Assembly (NCBI GenBank): GCA_045862955.1
Contig: BTVI01000004.1
Location: 32,001-96,000 of the forward strand
Direction of reading: 5' to 3'
Length of the DNA: 64,000 nucleotides
DNA from: Fimbriimonadales bacterium
Lineage (GTDB): Bacteria > Armatimonadota > Fimbriimonadia > Fimbriimonadales > JABRVX01
Shown here: piece after piece, positions 9,353 to 18,624 of the stretch
How positions within the stretch are numbered: the first letter of the stretch is position 1
Layout: each line of letters starts with the position of its first letter
Notes under the pieces: model-generated
Database searches by the model: none
Seen by the model: only the letters and a program-made list of their open reading frames with translations
Told to the model about the DNA's origin: nothing
Made by a program: the position numbers and the translations under genes

Positions 9353-10783
9353 GTGCTGAATCATCTCGTCGTCCCGCTATCACTGCTGCTTGCCCAGAGC
9401 ATCACCAAGACCGTTGCGCCCGGCGTCACATACACGCAAGAGATTCGCACCTCGCCGCCGATGGTTATCCACGCGGTGCGAGCGAGCGTCGGCAAGGAGG
9501 GTGTATCGGCGCGTGTTGCGCTGGCCGGCGAGGGGATTACGACAGGCAGCGTGGAGGATGGGCGCGAGCCACTAAGTCGCATCTCTGCCCGCTACCGGGC
9601 GGTGGTCGCGGTCAACGGCGACTACTTCCCTTTCACCGGTGACCCTCTAGGCCTATGCGTTCTTAGCGGAGACCTCGTCAGTGAAGCCGCACGGAACCGA
9701 GGAGCCATCGGCTGGACCCGCGATGCGGCGTGGCTCGTGGGCAATCCGACCTTCGTGGGGGAGGCCATCGGTCCGACGGGCACGAAGGTGACCATCTCGG
9801 GGGTCAATCGCGATTGCGGGCCGGGTGAGAACGTTCTCTGGCTCCCATCCGGGGGCAATCGCGCCAAATGCTCGAAGCCGGGCCCAGCGGTCATCTTCCG
9901 TGCGCTCAGCCGGCCATTCGACGAAGCGACCCCGTCGGACGCGGTGTTCGCAGAGATAATGCGGGACGTCACGGAAGCTGCCATCCCGCCGGATGGTGCG
10001 GTGCTGTTCGTCAAGGACAACCGCGCCGAAGCGCTGTTGACCGACATCGCGTCGGGAGGCATCTGGAAGTTCACTGTGCAGACGGTGGACGCCGCGAACT
10101 GGCGCGAAGCTCAGTTCGCGATCGGCGGTGGACCGTGGTTGGTTCGTGACGGCAAGAAGTTCGTTGACTGGCAAGCACAGGGATTCACCGCCACACACGC
10201 CACTGCGCGCCACCCTCGGACCGCTATCGGTCACACGGCTGCCGGCGACCTGCTGCTCGTCGTAGTGGAGGGGCGATCGGCGACGAGTTCAGGGATGACC
10301 TTGGACGAGCTCGCGGATTTGATGCTGTCGCTCGGTGCCTACAACGCACTCAACTTAGACGGAGGGGGTTCCACCCAGATGATGGTGCGGGGCCTAGCAG
10401 TGAGCGCGCCCTCGGATGGGGTCGAACGTCCTATTGCGAACGCGATTGTGCTGCTGGCACCAGAGGCCACTGTGAGCCAACTCGCGCTAAGCATGGAGCC
10501 CAAAGTGGCCAGGGCAACCGTCGGCCAGACCCTGTCTTGGCAGGTGAAGGTCGCCTCGACCGGCGAGGCTCTGGCACATTCCGAGATCGTTTGGGGCTGC
10601 ACTCCCGGCGTCGGGTGGATCGACCAGTTCGGCACCTTTCGCGCCAACAAGGCTGGGATGGCTGTCGTGTCCGCTTTTGCACGAGGAAGAACTCTGAGGT
10701 CCGTCATCCTAATCGCACCAAAATCCGCAACTTCTGGGAACTTCGAGGACCGGCTGCTTGTATCTATAGGTGCACTACCATAA
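9353..10783 (+). CDS. Phosphodiester glycosidase (NAGPA-like) secreted protein
   Basis: AVNGDYF, HPRTAIG, ALNLDGGGST, ERPIANAI. Confidence 0.88.
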   Translation: MLNHLVVPLSLLLAQSITKTVAPGVTYTQEIRTSPPMVIHAVRASVGKEGVSARVALAGEGITTGSVEDGREPLSRISARYRAVVAVNGDYFPFTGDPLGLCVLSGDLVSEAARNRGAIGWTRDAAWLVGNPTFVGEAIGPTGTKVTISGVNRDCGPGENVLWLPSGGNRAKCSKPGPAVIFRALSRPFDEATPSDAVFAEIMRDVTEAAIPPDGAVLFVKDNRAEALLTDIASGGIWKFTVQTVDAANWREAQFAIGGGPWLVRDGKKFVDWQAQGFTATHATARHPRTAIGHTAAGDLLLVVVEGRSATSSGMTLDELADLMLSLGAYNALNLDGGGSTQMMVRGLAVSAPSDGVERPIANAIVLLAPEATVSQLALSMEPKVARATVGQTLSWQVKVASTGEALAHSEIVWGCTPGVGWIDQFGTFRANKAGMAVVSAFARGRTLRSVILIAPKSATSGNFEDRLLVSIGALP

Positions 10784-10800
10784 AGTGCCTGCCTACACCC

Positions 10801-10832
10801 GAGACGGCCCCGGCGCCCGTCGGGGTCGTCTC
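10801..10832 (+). terminator. GC-rich hairpin after the pfkB-S66-NAGPA operon
   Basis: GAGACGGCCCCGGC-gccc-GTCGGGGTCGTCTC 14-bp stem; weak U tract. Confidence 0.55.
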
Positions 10833-10961
10833 TCCGATTTCTGCACCGTCAGCTCCTAGCCATCGGCCTCATTAGAGGGCCGTCGGCTGCGCGATTCCTG
10901 AACGTCGCTGCCCCTTGCGTTTTGGGGTTACCGTATAACCGCCAGTTATCAACTTACTGAG

Positions 10962-10990
10962 TTGCACTTCAGGACAGGCTGGGATACAAT
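10962..10990 (+). promoter_or_regulatory. sigma70-type promoter for the first PEP-CTERM gene
   Basis: TTGCAC-N17-TACAAT. Confidence 0.6.
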
Positions 10991-11120
10991 AGCCATGGTG
11001 AGATAGCGCCGGACATCCTTACATGCCTTACTTCGAGACCGGAAGCCCGGTAACAATATCTAGCTGCGCTTATTTGATTCGCACCATCCCTGGATAGTCA
11101 GAAAAAGGGGAGAGCACATC

Positions 11121-11774
11121 GTGCGAATCACTGCATTAACTTCAGGACTCACCTTGTCCGTGCTCGCCCTCGGGCTGCCCGCGTTCGGCACAAACACGTA
11201 CGCCGGCAGCGACTGGATCCTCGAGACCGATATGAACGGTCAGATCGAGCTCTCCGGAAGCTTCATCGACTTCGCGAGCGGCCAGGTCACGACCGGCGTG
11301 ACGGCGCTCGACATCACGGGTGGCGCCTTCTTCTCCATGCTGATGCCGCTTCCGCTGGGCCTCGACCTTTACGAGGTGGACTGGAACGGCAACTCGACGC
11401 TCGGGGACATCGGCGACCGTCTCCTCCGCGTGTACGGCGACGACCCGGGCGAGACGCCCATCTTCATAGATGGCCTTGCCCTCGCGTGGATGAACCCAGA
11501 CCTCGCCGATTACGACTTGGAGATCCGGTTACTGCGCGTGAGCACGACGATCAAGGCAAAGTCCGGCAATCGTGTCTACGAGCTGCGCGACGGTAAGGGC
11601 TTTATCTTGGAGGGTCTGGCCTGGGCCAAGCCTGGAACAGGTCGAGAGAACGGCTACCTCGCCGCCTCTTCGAAGTTCTTCCTGACCCGGCCGGTGCCTG
11701 AGCCGCACGCCATTGTCGGGGTCTTCCTCGGCTTTGCAGCCTTGCTCGGCACTCGCGCACGCCGCCGAACTTAA
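11121..11774 (+). CDS. PEP-CTERM sorting domain protein (paralog 1)
   Basis: Signal peptide; C-terminal VPEP + hydrophobic helix + RARRR. Confidence 0.88.
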   Translation: MRITALTSGLTLSVLALGLPAFGTNTYAGSDWILETDMNGQIELSGSFIDFASGQVTTGVTALDITGGAFFSMLMPLPLGLDLYEVDWNGNSTLGDIGDRLLRVYGDDPGETPIFIDGLALAWMNPDLADYDLEIRLLRVSTTIKAKSGNRVYELRDGKGFILEGLAWAKPGTGRENGYLAASSKFFLTRPVPEPHAIVGVFLGFAALLGTRARRRT

Positions 11775-11792
11775 CAGGAACTCAACCTAACC

Positions 11793-11832
11793 GGCTTCCT
11801 CATCGAACGCGAGAGCGTTCGGCGGGGAAGCC
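11793..11832 (+). terminator. Hairpin after PEP-CTERM paralog 1
   Basis: GGCTTCCTCATCGAACGC-GAGA-GCGTTCGGCGGGGAAGCC. Confidence 0.6.
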
Positions 11833-11955
11833 ATTCTCATTGCGCCTATCCTACACCGCTGCGGTCTCTGCGCCTGCTTTGCGCAGCTCTGCGTGAGCAC
11901 CCGAGCCCCATCCTACACCCGCATTAGTTCCTGCTTTGCCGGAGATCGGCGCGCT

Positions 11956-11971
11956 CGGCACGGCACTTGCA
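11956..11971 (+). promoter_or_regulatory. Candidate sigma54 (-24/-12) promoter for PEP-CTERM paralog 2
   Basis: CGGCACGGCACTTGCA = GG-N10-GC, one mismatch to TGGCACGRNNNTTGCW. Confidence 0.6.
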
Positions 11972-12020
11972 CTCCCCCTAGGCGAACCACGCTTTAGGAC
12001 CTTGCCGAGGAGAGCACAGC

Positions 12021-12671
12021 ATGAGAACAGCAACATTAGCCGCAACGTTCGCCGCAGGGGCCCTGTGTTTGGCCCTGCCCGCTGCAGCGAACACCTACGC
12101 AGGCAGCGACTGGACACTGGAGTACAACCTCAACGGGCAGATCGAGCTATCGGCCTCGCTCATCGACTTCGCCAGCGGGAACCAGACGACACCCGTGACC
12201 GCCCTTGACATCGCAGGTGGCGCCAATTTCGGGATCACCGTTCCGCTGCCCCTCGACATAGACATGTACGAGGTGGACTGGAACGGCAACTCGACCCTCG
12301 GGGACATCGGTGACCGCCTCCTCCGAGTGTACGGGGATGACCCGGGCGAGACGCCGGTCGTGATTGACGGCTCATACCTGGCCTGGATGAACCCGGTGCT
12401 GGCCGACTACGATCTGGAGATCACGCTCGCACGCATCTCCACCACCATCATGGCCAAGAACGGCGCGCGAGTGTATGATCTGCGTGACGGTAAGGGCTTC
12501 GTTCTCGAGGGCTACGCCTGGGCCAAGCCCGGCACGGGGCGCGAGGACGGCACCCTGGCCGCATCGTCCAAGTTCTTCCTGACCCGGCCAGTGCCCGAAC
12601 CGAGCACCCTGGCAGGCCTTGCCATCGGACTTACTACCCTCCTGAGTCTGCGAGCACGCCGCAGGGCGTGA
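12021..12671 (+). CDS. PEP-CTERM sorting domain protein (paralog 2)
   Basis: Signal peptide; VPEPSTL..TM..RARRR; long peptide blocks identical to 11121-11774. Confidence 0.9.
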   Translation: MRTATLAATFAAGALCLALPAAANTYAGSDWTLEYNLNGQIELSASLIDFASGNQTTPVTALDIAGGANFGITVPLPLDIDMYEVDWNGNSTLGDIGDRLLRVYGDDPGETPVVIDGSYLAWMNPVLADYDLEITLARISTTIMAKNGARVYDLRDGKGFVLEGYAWAKPGTGREDGTLAASSKFFLTRPVPEPSTLAGLAIGLTTLLSLRARRRA

Positions 12672-12688
12672 GAGTGACTGGGCCTAAC

Positions 12689-12729
12689 CGCCTCCCCCAC
12701 CGGTGTCCCCGCAGCCGGTGGGGGAGCGT
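12689..12729. terminator. Hairpin between convergent genes
   Basis: CTCCCCCACCGG...CCGGTGGGGGAG inverted repeat. Confidence 0.55.
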
Positions 12730-12746
12730 TCATTTGGAAAGGGAGT

Positions 12747-15700
12747 CTATTGGATGGGCCAAGCGCCGTGCGCTTCGATCACTTCGTCTATCTGCTTCAT
12801 GATCTGCTGCGTCTCGCGCAGATTGGCGACGATGGCGGTGTAGTGCTGTAGGTCGTCGTACGAGAGCGTGCGGCCCTTGCGGTCCCTCAGCCACTTCTCG
12901 CAGGGCTGGTACCCACCGATGCGGTGCTCCCACACAGCTTGCGGCACCGGCGCGAAGTACTGAGACTTGTTGATGTACACGCGGCCATTCGGGACTCGGT
13001 TTGGGAGTGCGCGAGCCTGCTCGCGCTCTGCGCTTTCTGCCGGGGCCTGCACGGCGTCCGAAAGCGCGAGCGAGCTCGCGCACTCCCAAAGCTTCCCTGC
13101 CTCGGCTCCGCGCACGTACTGCACCTTCTCCACCTTGTTGTCGCCCTTCACGGGGAATAGGGGTGGGTCCGCGGCGGTCTGCTTCATCGTATGAAGGCCA
13201 ACGAGCCGCTCGCCGAGCGGAACCAGCGCGCGCCATAGGTCGGGGTTGGACGTAAGTGGGATGCGCGGGAAGTCGAGCTTCAGGAACTCGGCGTAGCGGC
13301 TGCGGTACGTCGGCGAGTGTAGGATGGCGTAAATGTAGTGGAAGATGTCCTCGGGCGGCACGTGCTGCCCACCGAGCGCTCCATAAACCGACTGCAGGAA
13401 GTCGTGCGAGAGATTCGGCTCGCGCAACAGACCTCTCGCGCCCTCGTGGTCGAGCCAGAGCGGCACAAGATAGCCGATTTCGGCTGTGCGGTTTGATACG
13501 TAGCACGACTCCACTACGTGGTCGGCTGCTAGTACATGCACCCAATCCCCCACGGACGTCTGGCGGGTAGCTACCAGCCCCAGGTTCTCCCCCGCCAGCA
13601 TGTATCGCATGACGTCACCGCGCGGCATGCAGTGGAAGCCGCGGGATCGGCCGGTGTAGTACGTCCACCGCACGTCAAACGGGCGGTACAACACGGGCAC
13701 GATCCTATCCTCGCTCGGTCCGCTGTCACGCAAGTCCTTCTGCGCGATGTGCACCTTCCAATCCCGGGCGTCCGGCCCTAGCCGGTACTTGGCGCGAGCC
13801 TCCTCGGCAGGTAGCCCGACGAAGTCGAGAACCGTGTTCCACAGGTCGGCCTTTGCGAAATGGATCGTAAGACTATCACGCGCGGTTACGATGCCCACGC
13901 TGTTCACCGGGAAGATGTCAGGTAGCTTCCAGCCCTGCTCATACTCTTGGCGCAGTGCGTCGTCCCGCGGCACGAACAGATAGAAGGTACTACCTGGCGA
14001 CAGCGTGGTCCAGTCGGTGGTAGTGACGTCTTCGGCTGCCAGGTATTCGTACTTCGCCTCGCGCCTCCCGTACAGGTCGGCGTGGAACACCCTCTTCTCG
14101 CCCGAGCCACGTTTCACGAAGATGCCGATGGCTACCCCCTGCTGGATCTCGAACACGTTCTCGTCCGGCCCGCCGTCCGGCGCCTTCTCCTTCTTCTTCG
14201 TGTTGCCGTGCAGGTCAAGCAGGTAGATGTCGTCGAAGGCGCGCATCAGGCTCTGCCTCATGCCACGGAAGGTGGGGTTGTCCAGGTATCCGTGGTTGCT
14301 GACGAACGCCAGGATGCCGTAGCCGGTGCGCTCGATTCGCCACTGGGCGAAGCGGATGAACTTCACATAGTCGTCGTTCAGCCACTTCGGGTTCCTCTCG
14401 CCGAGCGGCTTGCCATCGCAGAGGAAGTAGCTGCTCTGCCCCAGGTGCTCCCCCTGCCCTCGCATCAGGTCGTGAATCCACTTCCCCTTGTTCGCACTGT
14501 GGCCGGAGTAGGGTGGATTCCCGAGGATCACCATCACCGGCACATCCTTCTTCACTCGTCCCGCCGCCGCCGCTTCTGCCACCAGCCAGTAGGTGTGCGG
14601 TAGGCCCGGCTGCGCCGTGAACGCCTGCTCCAACGTGTTGGTCAGATATACGTTCAGGCGTTCGTCCGAGTGGAAGGTATATCCGCTGTCCAGAAGTTGC
14701 AGGCCCAGCTTCATGTGCGCGACGGTGTACGGGGCGACGAGCAGCTCGAAGCCGTACAGCCGGGGGAGCAGGTGCTCCGCCACGTATCTCGGCCACATCC
14801 CCTCGTTCCCGACGAAGGTTTCGCGGATCAGATCAATCACCTTGAATAGGAAGGTGCCCGTGCCCGCGGCGGGGTCCAAGATCTGCACCTTGTGCACTTC
14901 CGGCTCTTCCAGCGTGGCGCCCGGCACCTTGGTAGCATCCGCCAGGCCGTCCTTCAGCCCGAAGTCCCGCTTCAGGATGGCGTCCACGCTGCGCACGATG
15001 TAAGACACCACCGGCTCCGGAGTGTAGTACACGCCGCGCGTCTCCCGCATCTTGGGGTCGTATTCGCCGAGGAAGGTCTCGTAGAAGTGCACCACGGGGT
15101 CGTCCTGCTTGGTGCGCTTGCCGAACTCCGCCAGGATGGCGCCGGTGTCCGTGCGGTTCAGCATCTCCGCGAGGTCGTCCACGGCCCAGCAGAATGGCTG
15201 GTCCTCGATTTCCGTTCCCGCGATGGTTTCGAAGAACTTGCGTAGGAAGGGGTTGGTCTTCGGGAGATCGTATGGCGCGTCGCGGCGAGTGAAGCGCCCC
15301 TTGCCCAGATCGTGGTAGCAGCGGGCGGTAAACAGGCCGTAGCAGAGGGTCTGCGCGTACATGTCGGCGAACTGCGCTTCATCCAGGTCGCCCACGAGCA
15401 CGTACCGGAAGGATGCAATCTGCTGGTGCAGGTGGCTTGTCTTGCTGTCGGTCTCTAGCGCCCTCCTTACTCCCTCCCGAATGAGGCGCGAGTAGCCCGC
15501 CATGCGCCCGGCCAACTCCCTGGGGTTCGCGGGGCAGGGGCCCTGGAAGGCCATGAACTGCGTGGTCAGCTCCTCGAGCAGGTCGGCCCCGTGCTTGCTA
15601 GGCTTCAGCTTGCCGTCTTTGTCGAGGGTGGCGACGCGGGCCTTCATCCGCACCTCGCCGCCCGCGATCCAGCGGAACTCCAGGTAGTCGGTGAGGATGA

Positions 15701-15989
15701 GGCTGGAAAGGCCCTCCACGTAGCGCGCGACTTGCTCGGACTTCGTGACTTTGTCGAGGTCCGTGCCGACGTCCTTGGCTTCCACGTAGCCGATGGGGAC
15801 GTTGCCCTGCGTGATGACGAAATCGGGCGCGCCGCACTCCACGTGCCTGGGCTCATTGGTGGCGGTGCAGCCGGGCATCAGCGCCTCGAGAAGCGTCTTT
15901 AGCGCGGGGCGGTGGGTGTGCTCCGTGGCGTGGCCGACATCGAGTTCCTTGCCGATGCTTTTCAGGTAGTCGGCAATGACGTTCATCAC
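12747..15989 (-). CDS. Single-chain restriction-modification enzyme (PD-(D/E)xK nuclease + N6-adenine MTase + type ISP-like specificity domain)
   Basis: N-terminal PD..EAK; GVYYTP; LDPAAGTGTF (SAM binding); GNPPY; YRPFD and DFPRIP in the C-terminal domain. Confidence 0.9.
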   Translation of the reverse strand: MMNVIADYLKSIGKELDVGHATEHTHRPALKTLLEALMPGCTATNEPRHVECGAPDFVITQGNVPIGYVEAKDVGTDLDKVTKSEQVARYVEGLSSLILTDYLEFRWIAGGEVRMKARVATLDKDGKLKPSKHGADLLEELTTQFMAFQGPCPANPRELAGRMAGYSRLIREGVRRALETDSKTSHLHQQIASFRYVLVGDLDEAQFADMYAQTLCYGLFTARCYHDLGKGRFTRRDAPYDLPKTNPFLRKFFETIAGTEIEDQPFCWAVDDLAEMLNRTDTGAILAEFGKRTKQDDPVVHFYETFLGEYDPKMRETRGVYYTPEPVVSYIVRSVDAILKRDFGLKDGLADATKVPGATLEEPEVHKVQILDPAAGTGTFLFKVIDLIRETFVGNEGMWPRYVAEHLLPRLYGFELLVAPYTVAHMKLGLQLLDSGYTFHSDERLNVYLTNTLEQAFTAQPGLPHTYWLVAEAAAAGRVKKDVPVMVILGNPPYSGHSANKGKWIHDLMRGQGEHLGQSSYFLCDGKPLGERNPKWLNDDYVKFIRFAQWRIERTGYGILAFVSNHGYLDNPTFRGMRQSLMRAFDDIYLLDLHGNTKKKEKAPDGGPDENVFEIQQGVAIGIFVKRGSGEKRVFHADLYGRREAKYEYLAAEDVTTTDWTTLSPGSTFYLFVPRDDALRQEYEQGWKLPDIFPVNSVGIVTARDSLTIHFAKADLWNTVLDFVGLPAEEARAKYRLGPDARDWKVHIAQKDLRDSGPSEDRIVPVLYRPFDVRWTYYTGRSRGFHCMPRGDVMRYMLAGENLGLVATRQTSVGDWVHVLAADHVVESCYVSNRTAEIGYLVPLWLDHEGARGLLREPNLSHDFLQSVYGALGGQHVPPEDIFHYIYAILHSPTYRSRYAEFLKLDFPRIPLTSNPDLWRALVPLGERLVGLHTMKQTAADPPLFPVKGDNKVEKVQYVRGAEAGKLWECASSLALSDAVQAPAESAEREQARALPNRVPNGRVYINKSQYFAPVPQAVWEHRIGGYQPCEKWLRDRKGRTLSYDDLQHYTAIVANLRETQQIMKQIDEVIEAHGAWPIQ
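13000..13090. repeat. Palindromic REP-like element inserted in frame in the R-M gene
   Basis: TTTGGGAGTGCGCGAGCctGCTCGCGCT...AGCGCGAGCgaGCTCGCGCACTCCCAAA; 17-bp perfect outer arms, each arm itself hairpin-forming. Confidence 0.8.
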
Positions 15990-16076
15990 CGCAAGAGGTT
16001 AGCGAATCCGGGCAGTTGTCCTGCCACTCCGTTCCGGTAGACTCCATCCACTTCAGCCGAATAGGGGGATGGAGGG

Positions 16077-16556
16077 ATGGCATTATCGCCCACGACCAAG
16101 CAGCGACTCGAGATGCAAGGGTTTACGGGGTTAGACGAGGCAACTTTGTGCAGCGTCGAGCCGGCAGCTAGGCTGACGCCGCTGCTCTGTTCACTCTCAG
16201 CCCTGATCACCGGTCTGAGCGCCTCGGCATACGTCGCATGGGTGTTTGCCGCGCTCGGAATCTTGGGAGCCGTCTTCCCCCGTCACGCTTTCGACTCGCT
16301 GTACAACTTCGTGCTTCGCCCTCTCTTCCGAGGGCCCGCGTTGCCGCCCAACGGCGGCGGCAGGCGGTTAGCCTGCGGCATGGGCGGGTTGATGCTGGCA
16401 GGCGCCGGATGGGCGTTTTGGGCCGGTGCGACCACGTTGGGCTACGTGCTGTGCGGGATCATGACCGTGATGGCAGCGACCGCCGGACTTACCCACTTCT
16501 GCCTAGCGGCGTTGATCTACCGTGCGGTTTTCGGGCGGCGCGGCCCGGCAACCTAG
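16077..16556 (+). CDS. DUF4395-like membrane protein
   Basis: TM helices, RRLACGMG, C-terminal FCLAALIY. Confidence 0.75.
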   Translation: MALSPTTKQRLEMQGFTGLDEATLCSVEPAARLTPLLCSLSALITGLSASAYVAWVFAALGILGAVFPRHAFDSLYNFVLRPLFRGPALPPNGGGRRLACGMGGLMLAGAGWAFWAGATTLGYVLCGIMTVMAATAGLTHFCLAALIYRAVFGRRGPAT

Positions 16557-16560
16557 TTGA

Positions 16561-17019
16561 TTAGAACTCGAAATTGGGCTCTTCCCTTTCCGGCACCGGC
16601 CTACCCATCTGCTTGTAGATCGCCTCGCTCTGCTGAATCAGTGCCGCCGCACGCTCGTTTTTCGGGTCCACTTCCACCGCCTTGCGGAACATCTGCAGCG
16701 CCTGTCGGAATTTGGTGCTACGGGACAGTTCCGGCGCATTCTGGATTGCATCCCCCAGTTCCGTGAGCGCCTTGGAGTACGCCTGCGAAACGGCCACGTC
16801 CTTAGGGGCCTTCTCGTATTTGGCCTTGGCCTCCAGCGTGGAATCACGCAGACGGATGAGCGCTTCCGGCACCGTGGCACCTGGCTGTCCGTGCGGGTTC
16901 TGGATCGGTGGGTGCTGAGGCGGGGGCTCGCTGGTCTTCTCGGGCAGTGGGCCGTTGCACCCCAATAGGAGCGAAGCCGCCACCAAGGTCAGGATGGTAC
17001 TAACGCGCTTGATTACCAC
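16561..17019 (-). CDS. TPR-containing lipoprotein
   Basis: GTG 17019 after AGGAGG; lipobox LLGC; ALQMFRKAVEVDPKN TPR. Confidence 0.75.
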   Translation of the reverse strand: MVIKRVSTILTLVAASLLLGCNGPLPEKTSEPPPQHPPIQNPHGQPGATVPEALIRLRDSTLEAKAKYEKAPKDVAVSQAYSKALTELGDAIQNAPELSRSTKFRQALQMFRKAVEVDPKNERAAALIQQSEAIYKQMGRPVPEREEPNFEF

Positions 17020-17554
17020 TAATCGCCTCCTGGCGCAGAACCTTCGGGTCCAGCGCAGTGTCTTCCAGGTTCTCATTGAACGTCACGAAACCGTTCTCGT
17101 CGTTCGCCCTCAGCGTTAGCTTCGCACCGCCGCGGACGTACACGACTTCTATCCAGCCCTCTCCCTTTTTGCGCGTCCCTTTGCCGAGCCGCTTCTCGTA
17201 CTCGGCGAAGGCGTCCTCTGCCTCGGCAAGGCTCTCCATCACGACGCGGTGGATCATCTTCACCGCACCCTTGCCAGGAACGAAGGCGGCAGCGAAGCTC
17301 TCTTGGCTCGGCAGCTCCCACGCCATGTACTCCAGACCGGGCTCGGCACCCACCTGTTCGGCGATGTCCTTGGCATCGGGCGGCGCGGGCACCGCCTCTT
17401 GGACCTCCTCCGGTGTCGCACCTAAGAAAACTGGCTTCACACCGATCAGTTGCAGCTTCGGTGGTGCCTCCCGACTAGTCTCGGGCTTCGGCTTAGCGCC
17501 CGAGCAGCCGCCCAGCAGCACTCCTAGAACCGCGATCATCAGCAGTCTGCTCAC
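17000..17554 (-). CDS. Hypothetical lipoprotein
   Basis: Lipobox LGGC; paralogous to 17551-18162. Confidence 0.75.
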   Translation of the reverse strand: MSRLLMIAVLGVLLGGCSGAKPKPETSREAPPKLQLIGVKPVFLGATPEEVQEAVPAPPDAKDIAEQVGAEPGLEYMAWELPSQESFAAAFVPGKGAVKMIHRVVMESLAEAEDAFAEYEKRLGKGTRKKGEGWIEVVYVRGGAKLTLRANDENGFVTFNENLEDTALDPKVLRQEAISGNQAR

Positions 17555-18162
17555 TGCTTCTTTCGCTCTCTCATTGCACGGAGCGCCTCTTGCATGGCCT
17601 TCACGTGCTCGGAATCGATCAAGGTCGCTGTAAAGCGGTGGTCAGAACCCGACTGGATGGTCTCCAGCTTCAGACGGCAAACATCCTGTTCGCGTCCATA
17701 GTTACGGATGGTTCTTCCAGGCTGCCGTTCTACGACCGGCTCGCCGAAGCTCTTCTCATACCTCTGAGCCCATAGCGTCGCGTCAGCGCTCGCCACCGGT
17801 GCGATGCTGTGGCTAATTTCTACGAGGCGTCCGTCTCGGAAGTAGGCAATCAGCGTCTGCGCCGGGCTCTGCCTGGTGCCATCGGGCTGCACCCACGCTA
17901 GCATGTCGAAGCCCGAGGGTAGTTCAGCGTCCGGCAGTTCCTTTGCACCGTGCGGCATGGGGTAGGCATTCTGGACTTCAGTGCGAGTCGCCCCCAGCCG
18001 CACTGCCACCGATCCGTTCGCGTCGAGCAGTGCGAACCGAGCACGGTCGGTATTCGGGGAAGGCGCCGCGCTGGAAGGAGCTACCTCCGGGGGGCCGCTT
18101 CTGCACCCGGCCAGCAGCGCCGCACAACAGCAGACGAGGAGAAGGGGGATTCCGTGTCTCAT
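17551..18162 (-). CDS. Hypothetical lipoprotein
   Basis: Lipobox LAGC; VxLGATxxEVQxAxPxP shared with its neighbour. Confidence 0.75.
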   Translation of the reverse strand: MRHGIPLLLVCCCAALLAGCRSGPPEVAPSSAAPSPNTDRARFALLDANGSVAVRLGATRTEVQNAYPMPHGAKELPDAELPSGFDMLAWVQPDGTRQSPAQTLIAYFRDGRLVEISHSIAPVASADATLWAQRYEKSFGEPVVERQPGRTIRNYGREQDVCRLKLETIQSGSDHRFTATLIDSEHVKAMQEALRAMRERKKQ

Positions 18163-18228
18163 AAGCTAGCTGCCGCACGGCGAAGTGCCGTGCGGCAATC
18201 GTCGTTGCTAACGTCCGATGACGTCTGC

Positions 18229-18504
18229 CTAGTTGCCGCCCCCCGTTCCCGTTGCAGGAGGCGTCCCACCCTCGGTAGGAGTCTTGGCGCCCTCGTCGCC
18301 GGCTGGCGGCGTGGTGGACGTACCGGTGTCGCCCGTCCCAGTTTCGGTCGGGGGAGTCGTAGTGGCGTCTCCGCCGCTCGGCGTCTCAGGCTTCTGCATC
18401 TCGTTCTGGTCACCGCCGCCATTCGTCGTCTCGGCGCCCTTGCAGCCGCCCACGATTCCGATGGCGATGCAGGCGAGCATCAGCCATGCGATCTTTCTCA
18501 ACAT
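18229..18504 (-). CDS. Small low-complexity (G/T/P) lipoprotein
   Basis: ATG 18504 after CGGAGG; VGGC lipobox then a disordered tail. Confidence 0.7.
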   Translation of the reverse strand: MLRKIAWLMLACIAIGIVGGCKGAETTNGGGDQNEMQKPETPSGGDATTTPPTETGTGDTGTSTTPPAGDEGAKTPTEGGTPPATGTGGGN

Positions 18505-18624
18505 CTGCTTGATCCTCCGTTCATTCTGCTGGTCGGCGGCGCGGGCCTTGCGGCCCAGCACTTCCGTGCCGCCGACAATGGCATTCTACCCACAAAACGA
18601 CTAGGTTCTGCGCAAGTGGTGGTC

